The notes beneath the pieces are model-generated. The model was not told where the DNA came from and made no database searches. It worked only from the letters and a program-made list of their open reading frames with translations. Below, in pieces: positions 27,978-37,341 of a stretch of DNA of 64,000 bases. Each line of letters opens with the position of its first letter. The first letter of the stretch is position 1. Made by a program: the position numbers and the translations under genes. The stretch spans positions 8,255-72,254 of the forward strand of contig CAXFAF010000007.1 of the NCBI GenBank assembly GCA_964001285.1, in the 5' to 3' direction. Source of the DNA: an uncultured bacterium. Lineage in GTDB: Bacteria > Pseudomonadota > Alphaproteobacteria > MED-G09.

Positions 27978-30900
27978 TTAAAATTGATATTTAATACCAA
28001 CTTTAAGTTGCCATACGGATTTACCTATATTTTGAACAGGTTTACCGTCTACATTGAATTCTTTGAAAACATATCGACCTTGGTCATCAACTTCAGCTTC
28101 TATAACACCTCTTGAATTTGATGTGGAGCCAGCGTAATTTTCAAATCCACCCCAGTCGGAATTAATCAAATTTAATACATTCTCTATATCTACATAGAAA
28201 ATAGCTTTTCCTTTTACACTTCCTGTTGGTAGTTCTTGTGCAACTCTTACATCAAATGTTCCCGCCCAAGGACTATTAAAGCTGTTTCTTGGAACAGCAG
28301 TCCCCCTGTATCCAGAAAGGCCTGAATCTTCTAGAAATTGATTGAAAGATTCTAAATCAAATCCTGCAGCATAAATAACATTGGGATCATCTAAGGTTGG
28401 CACATAAAGTAGATCTATGTTCTCACCATCTGTTCTATAACCGCTTAAATCCCCTATAAATGTATAACTGAAAGGATTTCCTGATTGTCTAAATCCATTA
28501 AGACCTATACTTGTTTCAAGGTCTCCAAATATATTTCCTTTCCAAGTAAGAGCATAATCAAATGAATGCTCTATCTCGTAATGAGAAGGGCTATTTACTG
28601 GAGTTAAATGATCAAAAACAGGCATCCTTACAGCACTTGAGAAAATAATTGAACTTGTCATCATGTGAGCCATTTCTCTCTCTTGATGTGCATATCCGAG
28701 ATAAAGGTCTATTCCATTATCAAAGGATTTTTCAAAGGATATTCCAAATAAATCACTTTCAGGCTCAATATTTTTAAAGGTTGTAAGGTAACCAACATAA
28801 CTACATCCGCCATAAAGAGGTCTATTATCTGCAAGAGCATTACCTTTAGGGTCGCATCCACCAATATATGCACCTACAGGATCATCTTCTTTCATATGAA
28901 TATAATTTGCTCTTAATGTGAAAGGTCCAAAACTACCTAAATCAAGATCAGCAACGACCCCTAAAGACATTTTTGTTATAGACGGAATGCCAAAATCTTT
29001 ATCCATCATATTTGTATATCCACCTTTATCTCCTAATTTATGTCTAACAAGAGCCAAAGCAGCATCCCCGGGATAACTTTCTGGAGTTCCTGGAGTTGGT
29101 AAATTATTGCTTCTTGCCCTAAGTTTTTTAGAAGGTAAACGCATACCATTATCTATATAAGGACCACCAAACCATACTGGAGGAAGGTTACCACTAAATT
29201 CACCCCATCCAAATGTGACAAGAACATTATCTTGAGCTTGCCAGTCTAAGGAAAAACGAGGCATCGTTATATCTTCACCATCTAAATTAACATCATTATC
29301 TGGTGCCGGTCTAAAAGTATCTCCAGTCCACCTCCACCAGAAAGTATTTTTGTCAGGAGTAGTGTCTTGACTTATTTCTTCATATCTTAAACCAATACGT
29401 GCAGTAAGATCAGGAGTAATATTCCAAGTATCCTGTAAATAAATAATGGTATAATCCATATTGAAATTAACACCAGCATCTCTAGGAATGTTTGTATCTG
29501 CATTTCTGTAATCCAACTCTTTAAGATTACCAGCTATAAAATCTTCTACAGAATTATAATCATATTCTCCTAAGCTATTTCTAGAAAACATATTAAACAT
29601 ATCATTTTCAATTTTTTTGTAACCTAATGTAAGAGCATGATTTCCTACATTGTAGTAAGCAGCAATTTCATATTGTTTTCTTGCTGTCTCAATTTTATTT
29701 GCATGCCTATATTGATCTGGTCCAAAAAATACGGTTCCACCTGAAGGTACCCTAATTCCTACTTCACCGATAGACATACTCCCAACTGGTGTATTAGGGT
29801 TATCAACCTCAGTATCAGAAAACATAACTTTTGTAGAAAAATTATCAGTCCAGTCTGAATTCAATTCAAATTTAAGTGTTTCATACTCTTTATTTATTGT
29901 GTACCAGTCACTAGAGAGAGGTAGTCCCCAAGTTCTATTCCAGTAAGCACTTTCTGTAAAACCATCAACATGAATATATTCTAATGTTAGTGTTTGTGAG
30001 TCAGTTAGATTTGCATCAAAACGGAGGAATGTTTTTTCATCTTCTTCTTCTAAAGCTTTAGTGTATGACCCAGCATCATAATTAATTACATCTTTTGCAG
30101 CTTGAATAATTGCATCAGCTTCACCCTTAGTAACAAGTCCTGACCTAAAAGCCTGCATTTGAATTGGATTAGAGGATTCGTAAGATTCAAATCCAAGAGA
30201 AAAGAAGAGTTTATCTTTAATAATGGGTCCATTTAGAGCTATAGAGAACAACTTTGTATCTGGATCAGCATTATCAGTTTTTACTCCAAAAGGTTCATCA
30301 CCACTTTCTTGAGAAGTTTCGTAAGTAAAAGAACCTGAAAGTTCATTTGTTCCAGCTTTTGTTGTTAGCACAATATTACCACTGTGGGCTTCACCAAGTT
30401 CTGCACTGTAATTTGCTATTTTAACTGAGACTTGATCTATTACATCTATAGAAATAGGCATACGATTTGTAGGATATGAATTTGAACTTAGTCCATAGGA
30501 ATCATTTGCGCTTACTCCATCAATAACAAAACCAATTAGACGAGGCATACCACCACCAAAAGATAACCTTCCTCCATTATCTACTGTTACAAAAGGATCT
30601 AATTTAGCTATGTCTTTTATGTCCCTATCAATTGAAGGAAGAGTAGCAATATCATTTGCATCAAATGTCGAACCAGGACCAACACCTAGAGATTCCAGAT
30701 CTACTGCTTTCCCTGTAACAATAATTTCTTCAACATCGGCCCCACCAAGTCTAATACTGAGAGTATTTTCTCCTCCTAAACTAGTATAAACACCCTGCTG
30801 AAGGGAGCTTTCACCATCTTTAGTGGCCCTCACATCAAAGGGTCCACCTAAACGAAGTCCCCTAGAATAGAATGAGCCAGTATTTCCTGTGGTTGTAGAA

Positions 30901-31103
30901 GATTTTGACCCTGAAGGTATATGAGTTATTTGAATAGATGCACCTGAAACAGGGCTACCTGATTCATCAATTACAGTCCCTCTTATTACGCCTGTAGTTT
31001 GTTCAGCAAGAACGTTTACAGGGATTGTTAAGGAAATAGGAATTAAAAATAACGAAGAAATTAACAAAGATTTAGAAATCTTTTTTAAGTTTTTAAGAAA
31101 CAT
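27978..31103 (-). CDS. TonB-dependent outer-membrane receptor, Oar-like, with N-terminal carboxypeptidase-regulatory-like domain
   Basis: 1041 aa. Signal peptide, then a CarboxypepD_reg-like segment GVIRGTVIDESGSPVSGASIQI, then a plug, then a large beta-barrel. Ends with aromatic terminal residue (…GIKYQF), typical of OM barrels. Confidence 0.8.
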   Translation of the reverse strand: MFLKNLKKISKSLLISSLFLIPISLTIPVNVLAEQTTGVIRGTVIDESGSPVSGASIQITHIPSGSKSSTTTGNTGSFYSRGLRLGGPFDVRATKDGESSLQQGVYTSLGGENTLSIRLGGADVEEIIVTGKAVDLESLGVGPGSTFDANDIATLPSIDRDIKDIAKLDPFVTVDNGGRLSFGGGMPRLIGFVIDGVSANDSYGLSSNSYPTNRMPISIDVIDQVSVKIANYSAELGEAHSGNIVLTTKAGTNELSGSFTYETSQESGDEPFGVKTDNADPDTKLFSIALNGPIIKDKLFFSLGFESYESSNPIQMQAFRSGLVTKGEADAIIQAAKDVINYDAGSYTKALEEEDEKTFLRFDANLTDSQTLTLEYIHVDGFTESAYWNRTWGLPLSSDWYTINKEYETLKFELNSDWTDNFSTKVMFSDTEVDNPNTPVGSMSIGEVGIRVPSGGTVFFGPDQYRHANKIETARKQYEIAAYYNVGNHALTLGYKKIENDMFNMFSRNSLGEYDYNSVEDFIAGNLKELDYRNADTNIPRDAGVNFNMDYTIIYLQDTWNITPDLTARIGLRYEEISQDTTPDKNTFWWRWTGDTFRPAPDNDVNLDGEDITMPRFSLDWQAQDNVLVTFGWGEFSGNLPPVWFGGPYIDNGMRLPSKKLRARSNNLPTPGTPESYPGDAALALVRHKLGDKGGYTNMMDKDFGIPSITKMSLGVVADLDLGSFGPFTLRANYIHMKEDDPVGAYIGGCDPKGNALADNRPLYGGCSYVGYLTTFKNIEPESDLFGISFEKSFDNGIDLYLGYAHQEREMAHMMTSSIIFSSAVRMPVFDHLTPVNSPSHYEIEHSFDYALTWKGNIFGDLETSIGLNGFRQSGNPFSYTFIGDLSGYRTDGENIDLLYVPTLDDPNVIYAAGFDLESFNQFLEDSGLSGYRGTAVPRNSFNSPWAGTFDVRVAQELPTGSVKGKAIFYVDIENVLNLINSDWGGFENYAGSTSNSRGVIEAEVDDQGRYVFKEFNVDGKPVQNIGKSVWQLKVGIKYQF

Positions 31104-31394
31104 ATTTGGATCCTTTTTTGTAATAAAACATTAAGTGATATATATAAATAATTATCTAATTATTTTCTATCATAAATAAAAGCTTCTTTGGATTTTTTTT
31201 ATGAATTTTTTGTAAAAAAATTAATTAAATGTGTGTAACTTTTTAAGCTAACTTTTTTCAATAGTGTTGATAAAGAAAAATCGGCTCAATAAATTTAATC
31301 GGACCGTTTATTTTAAAATTAAAGCACAAGTAATTTTGTATGATATATGATAAATAATATTTTTTTTATATTTATATATTTATTAAGGTCAAAA

Positions 31395-32390
31395 ATGGAA
31401 TCACATAAATTTTGTATAGCCCCAATGATTGAGTATACCGATAGGCATTGTCGTTATTTTTTTAGAAAATTAACTACCAAAGCTATGCTTTATACTGAAA
31501 TGGTTGTTGCTGATGCGATTATATATGGCGATAAAGAATTTTTCTTAAAATTTGACCAATCTGAGCATCCAATTGGCTTACAAATAGCAGGAAGTGATCC
31601 AAAAAAATTATCTCTAGCCTCTAAATTAGGCCAAGACTTTGGGTATGATGAGGTTAATCTTAATCTTGGATGCCCTTCAAAAAGAGTTCAGGAGGGTAAT
31701 TTTGGCGCCTGTATGATGAAGGATCTTGATCTTATAGAGCAATGTTTATTATCTATGAAAGAAGCCGTTAGTATTCCTGTTACAATTAAGTGTAGAATAG
31801 GATTGGATAATGATGATCCATATAAAGTTCTTCCAGAGTTAGTAGAAAGAGTTAAAGACATTGGAATAAATACAATTATTATTCATGCAAGAAAAGCAAT
31901 ATTAGATGGTTTAGATCCTAAAAAAAATCGTGAGATACCTCCGCTTGATTATGAAATAGTTCGATTGCTCAAACGAAAGTGGCCAGACCTTAAAATAATT
32001 TTAAATGGCGGATTAAATTCAATTCCACAGGCTTATAAAGAAATAACCACCGGTTATAACGATCCAGATGGCGTTATGATGGGAAGGGCTGTTTATATTG
32101 ACCCTTATATTTTAAAAGATGTCGATTCAGTTTTCTATAATAAGACCAGAAGAGAGATCAATAGGTTTGAGGTTGTTGAGCAAATGATTCCATATATAGA
32201 AAAAGAACTTCAGCAAGGTACACGCCTTCATCATATAACTAAACATATGATGGGAATCTTTCATGGTTTTAGAGGTGCAAAATTATGGAGAAAATACTTA
32301 TCAGAAGAATCCATAAAAAAGAATTTTGATCCAAATATCATTAAAAAAGCATTAAATAAGATCGTTGATGCGCAAAAAGAGGTTGCTTGA
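31395..32390 (+). CDS. dusA: tRNA-dihydrouridine synthase A
   Basis: DusA N-terminal signature APMIEYTDRHCRYF and catalytic LNLGCPS with conserved Cys. The ORF track starts at 31347 but the family N-terminus begins at ATG 31395. Confidence 0.8.
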   Translation: MESHKFCIAPMIEYTDRHCRYFFRKLTTKAMLYTEMVVADAIIYGDKEFFLKFDQSEHPIGLQIAGSDPKKLSLASKLGQDFGYDEVNLNLGCPSKRVQEGNFGACMMKDLDLIEQCLLSMKEAVSIPVTIKCRIGLDNDDPYKVLPELVERVKDIGINTIIIHARKAILDGLDPKKNREIPPLDYEIVRLLKRKWPDLKIILNGGLNSIPQAYKEITTGYNDPDGVMMGRAVYIDPYILKDVDSVFYNKTRREINRFEVVEQMIPYIEKELQQGTRLHHITKHMMGIFHGFRGAKLWRKYLSEESIKKNFDPNIIKKALNKIVDAQKEVA

Positions 32391-33211
32391 TGTATTATAA
32401 CGGTATTGGGCTTTTACCTTTTATTATGGCTTTAGCTGTATCAGGAATTTTATCAGGGTTTTTAGCGGGTTTACTTGGTGTTGGAGGCGGAATAATTGTT
32501 GTGCCTGTTTTATATCATGTTCTCTCATCTTTAGGTTTTTCACAAGATATAATTATGCATGTATCAGTAGCAACTTCTCTAGCTATTATTATTCCTACTG
32601 GATGGCGATCTTATGTTACTCACAAAAGAAATAACGCTGTTGACGAGTCTTTATTAAGAAAATGGTTAATGCCAACTTTAATTGGTTCAGCTTTAGGAGC
32701 TATAATTGCAGGACTAATTTCTGGCTTTTATTTAACTCTCTTTTTCGCAACTATTGCTCTTTTAGTTTGTATTAATTTATTAATGAGCAATGAAAACTTT
32801 CGTATTGGAAAAGAATTACCAACCGGTATTCTAAGTTACAATATCCCTTTGTTTGTTGGTTCATTTTCTTCAATGTTAGGAATTGGAGGTGGAACTTTTA
32901 ATGTTAGTATAATGTCCTTATTTGGTATGCCAATTCATAAGGCAGTCGGTACATCCGCTGGATTAGGCTTCTTTTTGTCGATACCAGGTACATTATTTTT
33001 TATTCTGACTGGATTTTATATTTCTGATCTTCCCCCTGGATCTTTGGGTTATGTTAATTTATTAGGACTGGTTCTAATTGCTCCCTTGGCATCGATTTCA
33101 GCTCCTTTAGGCGCAAAATATGCTCATTCATTACCAAAAAAGATTTTAACAAGAATTTTTGCGATTTTTTTATTTCTAACTTCAATTAGAATGTACTTAG
33201 AGCTTTTTTAA
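32387..33211 (+). CDS. sulfite exporter TauE/SafE-family membrane protein
   Basis: Two repeated GxGGG(I/T) motifs (GVGGGIIVVPVL, GIGGGTFNV) and about 8 TM helices. 274 aa. Confidence 0.75.
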   Translation: MMYYNGIGLLPFIMALAVSGILSGFLAGLLGVGGGIIVVPVLYHVLSSLGFSQDIIMHVSVATSLAIIIPTGWRSYVTHKRNNAVDESLLRKWLMPTLIGSALGAIIAGLISGFYLTLFFATIALLVCINLLMSNENFRIGKELPTGILSYNIPLFVGSFSSMLGIGGGTFNVSIMSLFGMPIHKAVGTSAGLGFFLSIPGTLFFILTGFYISDLPPGSLGYVNLLGLVLIAPLASISAPLGAKYAHSLPKKILTRIFAIFLFLTSIRMYLELF

Positions 33212-34704
33212 ATTTTTTGATCATATTCCCCTATTTCAGAGAATTTAGACAGAATATCATTAAGAGAATTGAATATTTCTTTCATTATTTCGATAGAGAT
33301 TGGGCTTTCGCAAACGACCACAAGATTAGGGGAGTTAGAAGATGCTCTAATTAATCCCCAGCTACCATCCTCTAGGATAATCCTGACACCATTAACGGTA
33401 AGTAGAGATGAAATTTTTTGGTCGGCAATTAATTCTCCATTATCTTTTTTCTCTTGAAGAATAAGCTTAATTTTTTCAACTATTTCATACTTGCTTTCTT
33501 CAGAGCATTTTGGAGACATGGTAGGGGAAGAATATGTATTAGGGAGTTGATTATAAAGTTCTGAGATTGATTTATTTTTGCTTTCATCAAGAACTTTAAT
33601 AATTTCTATAGCTGAAATAATTCCATCATCATAACCTCTTCCTATAGGGTTATTAAAAAAGAAATGACCGGACCTTTCGAAACCCGCAATTGCATCTGTT
33701 TCATAGGTTTTGCGTTTAATGTAACTATGACCTGTCTTCCAGAAGATAACTTCTGAATTATTTTTTTGAAGAATTTCATCAGTTGAAAAAAGAGATGTTG
33801 ATTTAACATCTATAATAATTTTTTTGTTCTTGTGGTAATTTGACAAGTTTCTAGCAATAAGAAGACCTGCTTTATCGGCGAAAATTTCTTTTCCCTTGTT
33901 ATCTACAATTCCCACTCTGTCTCCATCACCATCAAATCCAAAACCAATATCAGCATTATTTTTAATTACATGCTTTCCAATATCAGAGAGCATCTTCATG
34001 TCTTCTGGATTGGGGTTGTAGTTCGGAAAAGTGTTATCTAATTCACAATGCAAAGGAATGACTTCTATTCCTATTTTACTCAAAGCTAACGGTGCAAATA
34101 TTCCAGCAGTACCATTCCCGCAAGCTACCACAGCTTTAATTTTTCTTTTTATTGTAATTTTAGATGTTAAATCATCGATATAATCGTTATTTATATTTTT
34201 AAATATATACTTACCAGGTTCTTTATCAGGAAATCCTGAATTCGATATTAATTCTTTAAGTTCAGATATTTTTTCTGGTCCAAAAGTAAGTGTTTTTTGA
34301 TCACCCATCTTAATACCAGTCCAGCCATTAGGATTATGACTTGCTGTAACCATTGCTACATTGTCGCAGTCAAGTAGGTATTGAGAAAAATATGCGCAAG
34401 GGGAAATAGTTAAACCTATATCATAAACATCAATTCCTGAGGCAATGAGACCTCCGATTAGAGCTTCCTTAATTTCTTCAGAATAAGATCTAAAATCATG
34501 TCCAACAGCAATTTTTTTATTGTTATCTGTTTTTTGAATTAAGTTACCAAGAGAAATACCAATTTTTTGAATACCAGATAAATTAATTTGTTCAGGGTAA
34601 AGCCAACGTGCATCATACTCCCTAAAACCTAAATCATATATTTTTGCTTCCTCTTTATAATCCTGGAGTGAAAAATTTACTGAATTTGAATAGTTGATAT
34701 CCAA
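33208..34704 (-). CDS. phosphoglucomutase/phosphomannomutase family protein
   Basis: Active-site serine loop TASHNPNGWTGIK, metal-binding FDGDGDR and sugar-binding GFERSGH motifs. 498 aa. Confidence 0.8.
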   Translation of the reverse strand: MDINYSNSVNFSLQDYKEEAKIYDLGFREYDARWLYPEQINLSGIQKIGISLGNLIQKTDNNKKIAVGHDFRSYSEEIKEALIGGLIASGIDVYDIGLTISPCAYFSQYLLDCDNVAMVTASHNPNGWTGIKMGDQKTLTFGPEKISELKELISNSGFPDKEPGKYIFKNINNDYIDDLTSKITIKRKIKAVVACGNGTAGIFAPLALSKIGIEVIPLHCELDNTFPNYNPNPEDMKMLSDIGKHVIKNNADIGFGFDGDGDRVGIVDNKGKEIFADKAGLLIARNLSNYHKNKKIIIDVKSTSLFSTDEILQKNNSEVIFWKTGHSYIKRKTYETDAIAGFERSGHFFFNNPIGRGYDDGIISAIEIIKVLDESKNKSISELYNQLPNTYSSPTMSPKCSEESKYEIVEKIKLILQEKKDNGELIADQKISSLLTVNGVRIILEDGSWGLIRASSNSPNLVVVCESPISIEIMKEIFNSLNDILSKFSEIGEYDQKI

Positions 34705-35607
34705 CTAATTTCCTTTCATTGCCTTTTCAAGAACTTTTCCAGTTTGTTCCCCTCCATTAAAGAATGGTTTGGCGTTAGAAAAATCAGAAATTTTATCCCA
34801 ATTCTTTTCTAGATCTTCTGCAGTAGCATTAAGGCCTAAATTTTCTCCATCACTTTCCATGATTTTGGCTTCAGAATAAACTCCAGCTCCAGCACACAAT
34901 ATTGTACCAGTTGGACCATTTTCACTCGAAAGATAAATAACAGCAGGCGTAACACTGCTCGGAGTCAAAAGTTCTTCTGCTTCGGGAGGCATAAGGTTAG
35001 CTGTCATTCTGGTATAAGCAACAGGGCACAGAACATTACAATTTATATTATATTTTTGACCTTCTATCTTAAGGGTATTAACAAATCCTACAACACCGAG
35101 TTTTGCTGCGCCATAATTAGATTGTCCAAAATTTCCATATAACCCTGTAGATGAGGTAGTGACTAAGATTCTGCCATAGTTTTGTTCTTTCATTATTTCC
35201 CATACCATTTTAGTAGGTTTAACTGATCCCATAAGATGAATATCTGTTACAATTGTAAAATCTTCGATTTCCATTTTTGAAAATGATTTATCTCTTAAAA
35301 TCCCAGCATTATTTATAAGAATATCTATCCGGCCAAATTCATCCATTGTTTGATCGACCATATTTTCAACGCCCTTATCATCTATAACGGAAGATCCATT
35401 AGGAATTGCTATTCCACCAGCATCAGTAATTTCTTTTACGACATTATTGGCTGCTTCTGAAGATCCTCCTGAGCCATCAACTTCACCTCCTAAGTCATTA
35501 ACTACTACTTTCGCTCCTCTTTTCGCAAATTCCAATGCATGACTCCGGCCTAGTCCACCTCCAGCGCCTGTTATTATTACGACCTTATCCTCAAAGCTTA
35601 TTGTCAT
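34705..35607 (-). CDS. SDR-family oxidoreductase resembling the (R)-3-hydroxyacyl-CoA dehydrogenase domain of multifunctional enzyme type 2
   Basis: N-terminus VVIITGAGGGLGRSHALEFAKRGAKVVVNDLGG closely parallels the MFE-2/HSD17B4 dehydrogenase domain. Catalytic YxxxK present as YGAAK. 300 aa. Contiguous with the PGM/PMM-family gene (stop/start adjacent). Confidence 0.7.
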   Translation of the reverse strand: MTISFEDKVVIITGAGGGLGRSHALEFAKRGAKVVVNDLGGEVDGSGGSSEAANNVVKEITDAGGIAIPNGSSVIDDKGVENMVDQTMDEFGRIDILINNAGILRDKSFSKMEIEDFTIVTDIHLMGSVKPTKMVWEIMKEQNYGRILVTTSSTGLYGNFGQSNYGAAKLGVVGFVNTLKIEGQKYNINCNVLCPVAYTRMTANLMPPEAEELLTPSSVTPAVIYLSSENGPTGTILCAGAGVYSEAKIMESDGENLGLNATAEDLEKNWDKISDFSNAKPFFNGGEQTGKVLEKAMKGN

Positions 35608-35724
35608 AGTATTCTCCTTGATAATTAATATATCATTCTTAATATTTCGAAAAACTTATGGTCAAGTTTATTTTTAACTATAAAATACATTGATTACCAA
35701 TATTTCAAATAAAAAGAGGTTAAA

Positions 35725-36333
35725 ATGATTTTACATGAATTTGCTCCTGCTCCAAATCCTCGAAGAGTAAGAATTTTCCTTAATGAAAAAGGGATAGATA
35801 TTGCAACAGAACAGATAGATATTATGAAGGGTGAACATAAAAAGGACGACTATAAAAAGATGAGTCCTTTATCACAAGTCCCAACATTAGAATTAGATGA
35901 TGGAACTTATATTACCGAGTCTATAGCTATTTGTCGTTATTTTGAGGCCTTACACCCTGAACCAAATTTATTGGGAAAAGATCCTAAGGAGATAGCGATA
36001 GTTGAGATGTGGCAAAGAAGAATTGAGTTGTTACTTATGATGGGTATAGCCAATACCTATAGACATGGACATCCAGCTATGGCTGCTCTTGAAAATCAAG
36101 TAAAGGAATGGTCTGAAGCTAGTCGTCCAAGGGTAATAAAAATGTTGCATTGGTTTGATAAACAAATGGAAAATAAAGAGTATATATGTTTAGACCGATA
36201 TACGATTGCTGATATTTCAGCCTTAGTCTGTTTTGATTTTGCTAAATGGCCTCAGATTGACATTCCAGATGATTGCAAAAACCTAAAAAGTTATTACGAG
36301 AGACTGAATTCTAGGCCAAGTGCATCTGTATAA
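35725..36333 (+). CDS. glutathione S-transferase
   Basis: 202 aa. N-terminal thioredoxin-like GST domain with the SPLSQVPTLELDDGT G-site region and a C-terminal helical domain. Confidence 0.8.
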   Translation: MILHEFAPAPNPRRVRIFLNEKGIDIATEQIDIMKGEHKKDDYKKMSPLSQVPTLELDDGTYITESIAICRYFEALHPEPNLLGKDPKEIAIVEMWQRRIELLLMMGIANTYRHGHPAMAALENQVKEWSEASRPRVIKMLHWFDKQMENKEYICLDRYTIADISALVCFDFAKWPQIDIPDDCKNLKSYYERLNSRPSASV

Positions 36334-36378
36334 TAATTGTTCTTGACCAAACCATTGTTTTTTAATAGAAAAAAATGT

Positions 36379-36722
36379 CAGATGGTTGGATGATCGCTCC
36401 TTTATAGGAGAGGAAAGTCCGGGCTCCATGAGACACAGTGCCGGGTAACACCCGGCGAGGGTAACCTCAGGGAAAGTGCCACAGAAAATAAACCGCCATT
36501 ATGGTAAGGGTGAAAAGGTGCGGTAAGAGCGCACCGCAAGTTTGGTAACAAGCTTGGCAAGGTAAACCCCACTGGGAGCAAGACCAAATAGGAATAGCAT
36601 TAGAAACAGTCTCTTTTCTCGCTATTCGGGTAGGTTGCTAGAAGTTTATGGTAACATAAACTCAAGATGAATGATCATCACCATTTAAATGGATACAGAA
36701 CCCGGCTTATAAACCATCTGAC
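36379..36722 (+). ncRNA. rnpB: RNase P RNA, bacterial type A
   Basis: Universally conserved P4 strands GGAAAGTCCGGGCTCC and ACAGAACCCGGCTTAT. GGTAACACCCGGCGAGGGTAACC and GGAAAGTGCCACAGAAAA segments. P1 pairing CAGATGGTT/AACCATCTG defines the ends. The track ORF 36402..36587(-) lies inside it and is spurious. Confidence 0.85.
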
Positions 36723-36796
36723 AAATACTCTATAAATGTAAAAGTTATCCACAAAAACAAGGGATTATTGCGTTTTTTTCCAAATAAAACCATTGA

Positions 36797-36826
36797 CTCC
36801 CATAAAATCCCATGATAACCCATAAT
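36797..36826 (+). promoter_or_regulatory. candidate MraZ operator / Pmra region: three CCCAT direct repeats at exact 10-bp spacing
   Basis: cTCCCATaaaaTCCCATgataACCCATaat. CCCAT at 36799, 36809 and 36819, which is ATGGG on the opposite strand. E. coli MraZ binds three TGGGN direct repeats with 10-bp periodicity in its own promoter. A GANTC site (GACTC at 36795-36799) overlaps the first repeat. Confidence 0.35.
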
Positions 36827-36861
36827 ATGGCGCCATGCGTATGTCTACAAGGGGATTGTTG

Positions 36862-37341
36862 ATGAAAATATTTATGTCTAATACGGAAAACAAAATAGAT
36901 TCTAAAGGAAGAGTTTCTATTCCATCTCAATTTCGTTCAGTCCTTGAATTTCAGGGGTTCGCAGGTGTTTATTTATTTCCATCTTTTACATCTCAGTGCA
37001 TAGATGGAGGAGGGCAGATTTTAATCAATCAGATTTCTGAAAGTGTAGAAAAAATGCAATTATTTGCTGAAGAAACTGATGCATTAACTACAGCGCTTTT
37101 CTCAGAAACATATCAGTTAAATTATGATCAAGATGGAAGAGTATCTTTACCAGGCGAATTAATTACCCATGCTAACCTAAATGATAGAGTTACTTTCGCC
37201 GGACTTGGACAAAAATTTCAAATGTGGGAACCATCAGCATTTAAAGAATTCAAAAGTAAAGCAAGAATAAAAGCCTTAGAAAATAGAGACCTCATTGGTC
37301 CATCCTTAAATTTCTCTAGTTCCAAAAAGGAAAATGAGTGA
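36862..37341 (+). CDS. mraZ: division/cell wall cluster transcriptional regulator MraZ
   Basis: Duplicated SpoVT/AbrB-like halves. N-terminal NKIDSKGRVSIPSQFR and a second repeat DQDGRVSLPGEL. The ORF track starts at 36835, but ATG 36862 or 36874 give a family-typical N-terminus. Confidence 0.8.
   Translation: MKIFMSNTENKIDSKGRVSIPSQFRSVLEFQGFAGVYLFPSFTSQCIDGGGQILINQISESVEKMQLFAEETDALTTALFSETYQLNYDQDGRVSLPGELITHANLNDRVTFAGLGQKFQMWEPSAFKEFKSKARIKALENRDLIGPSLNFSSSKKENE

Noticed and set aside
31104-31394. Canonical Pho box (CTGTCAT-N4-CTGTCAT-like) upstream of the TBDR-phoD operon
   Set aside because: Searched by eye on both strands. Only weak TGTAAAA…TGTGTAAC resemblance found. Not enough to call.
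36402-36587. 61-aa ORF on the minus strand
   Set aside because: Lies entirely inside the RNase P RNA gene (antisense to the conserved P4 core). An ORF-finder artefact.
36745-36930. 61-aa ORF on the minus strand overlapping the mraZ promoter and 5' end
   Set aside because: Overlaps the mraZ start and the repeat-containing promoter. No RBS and low-complexity composition. Treated as spurious.
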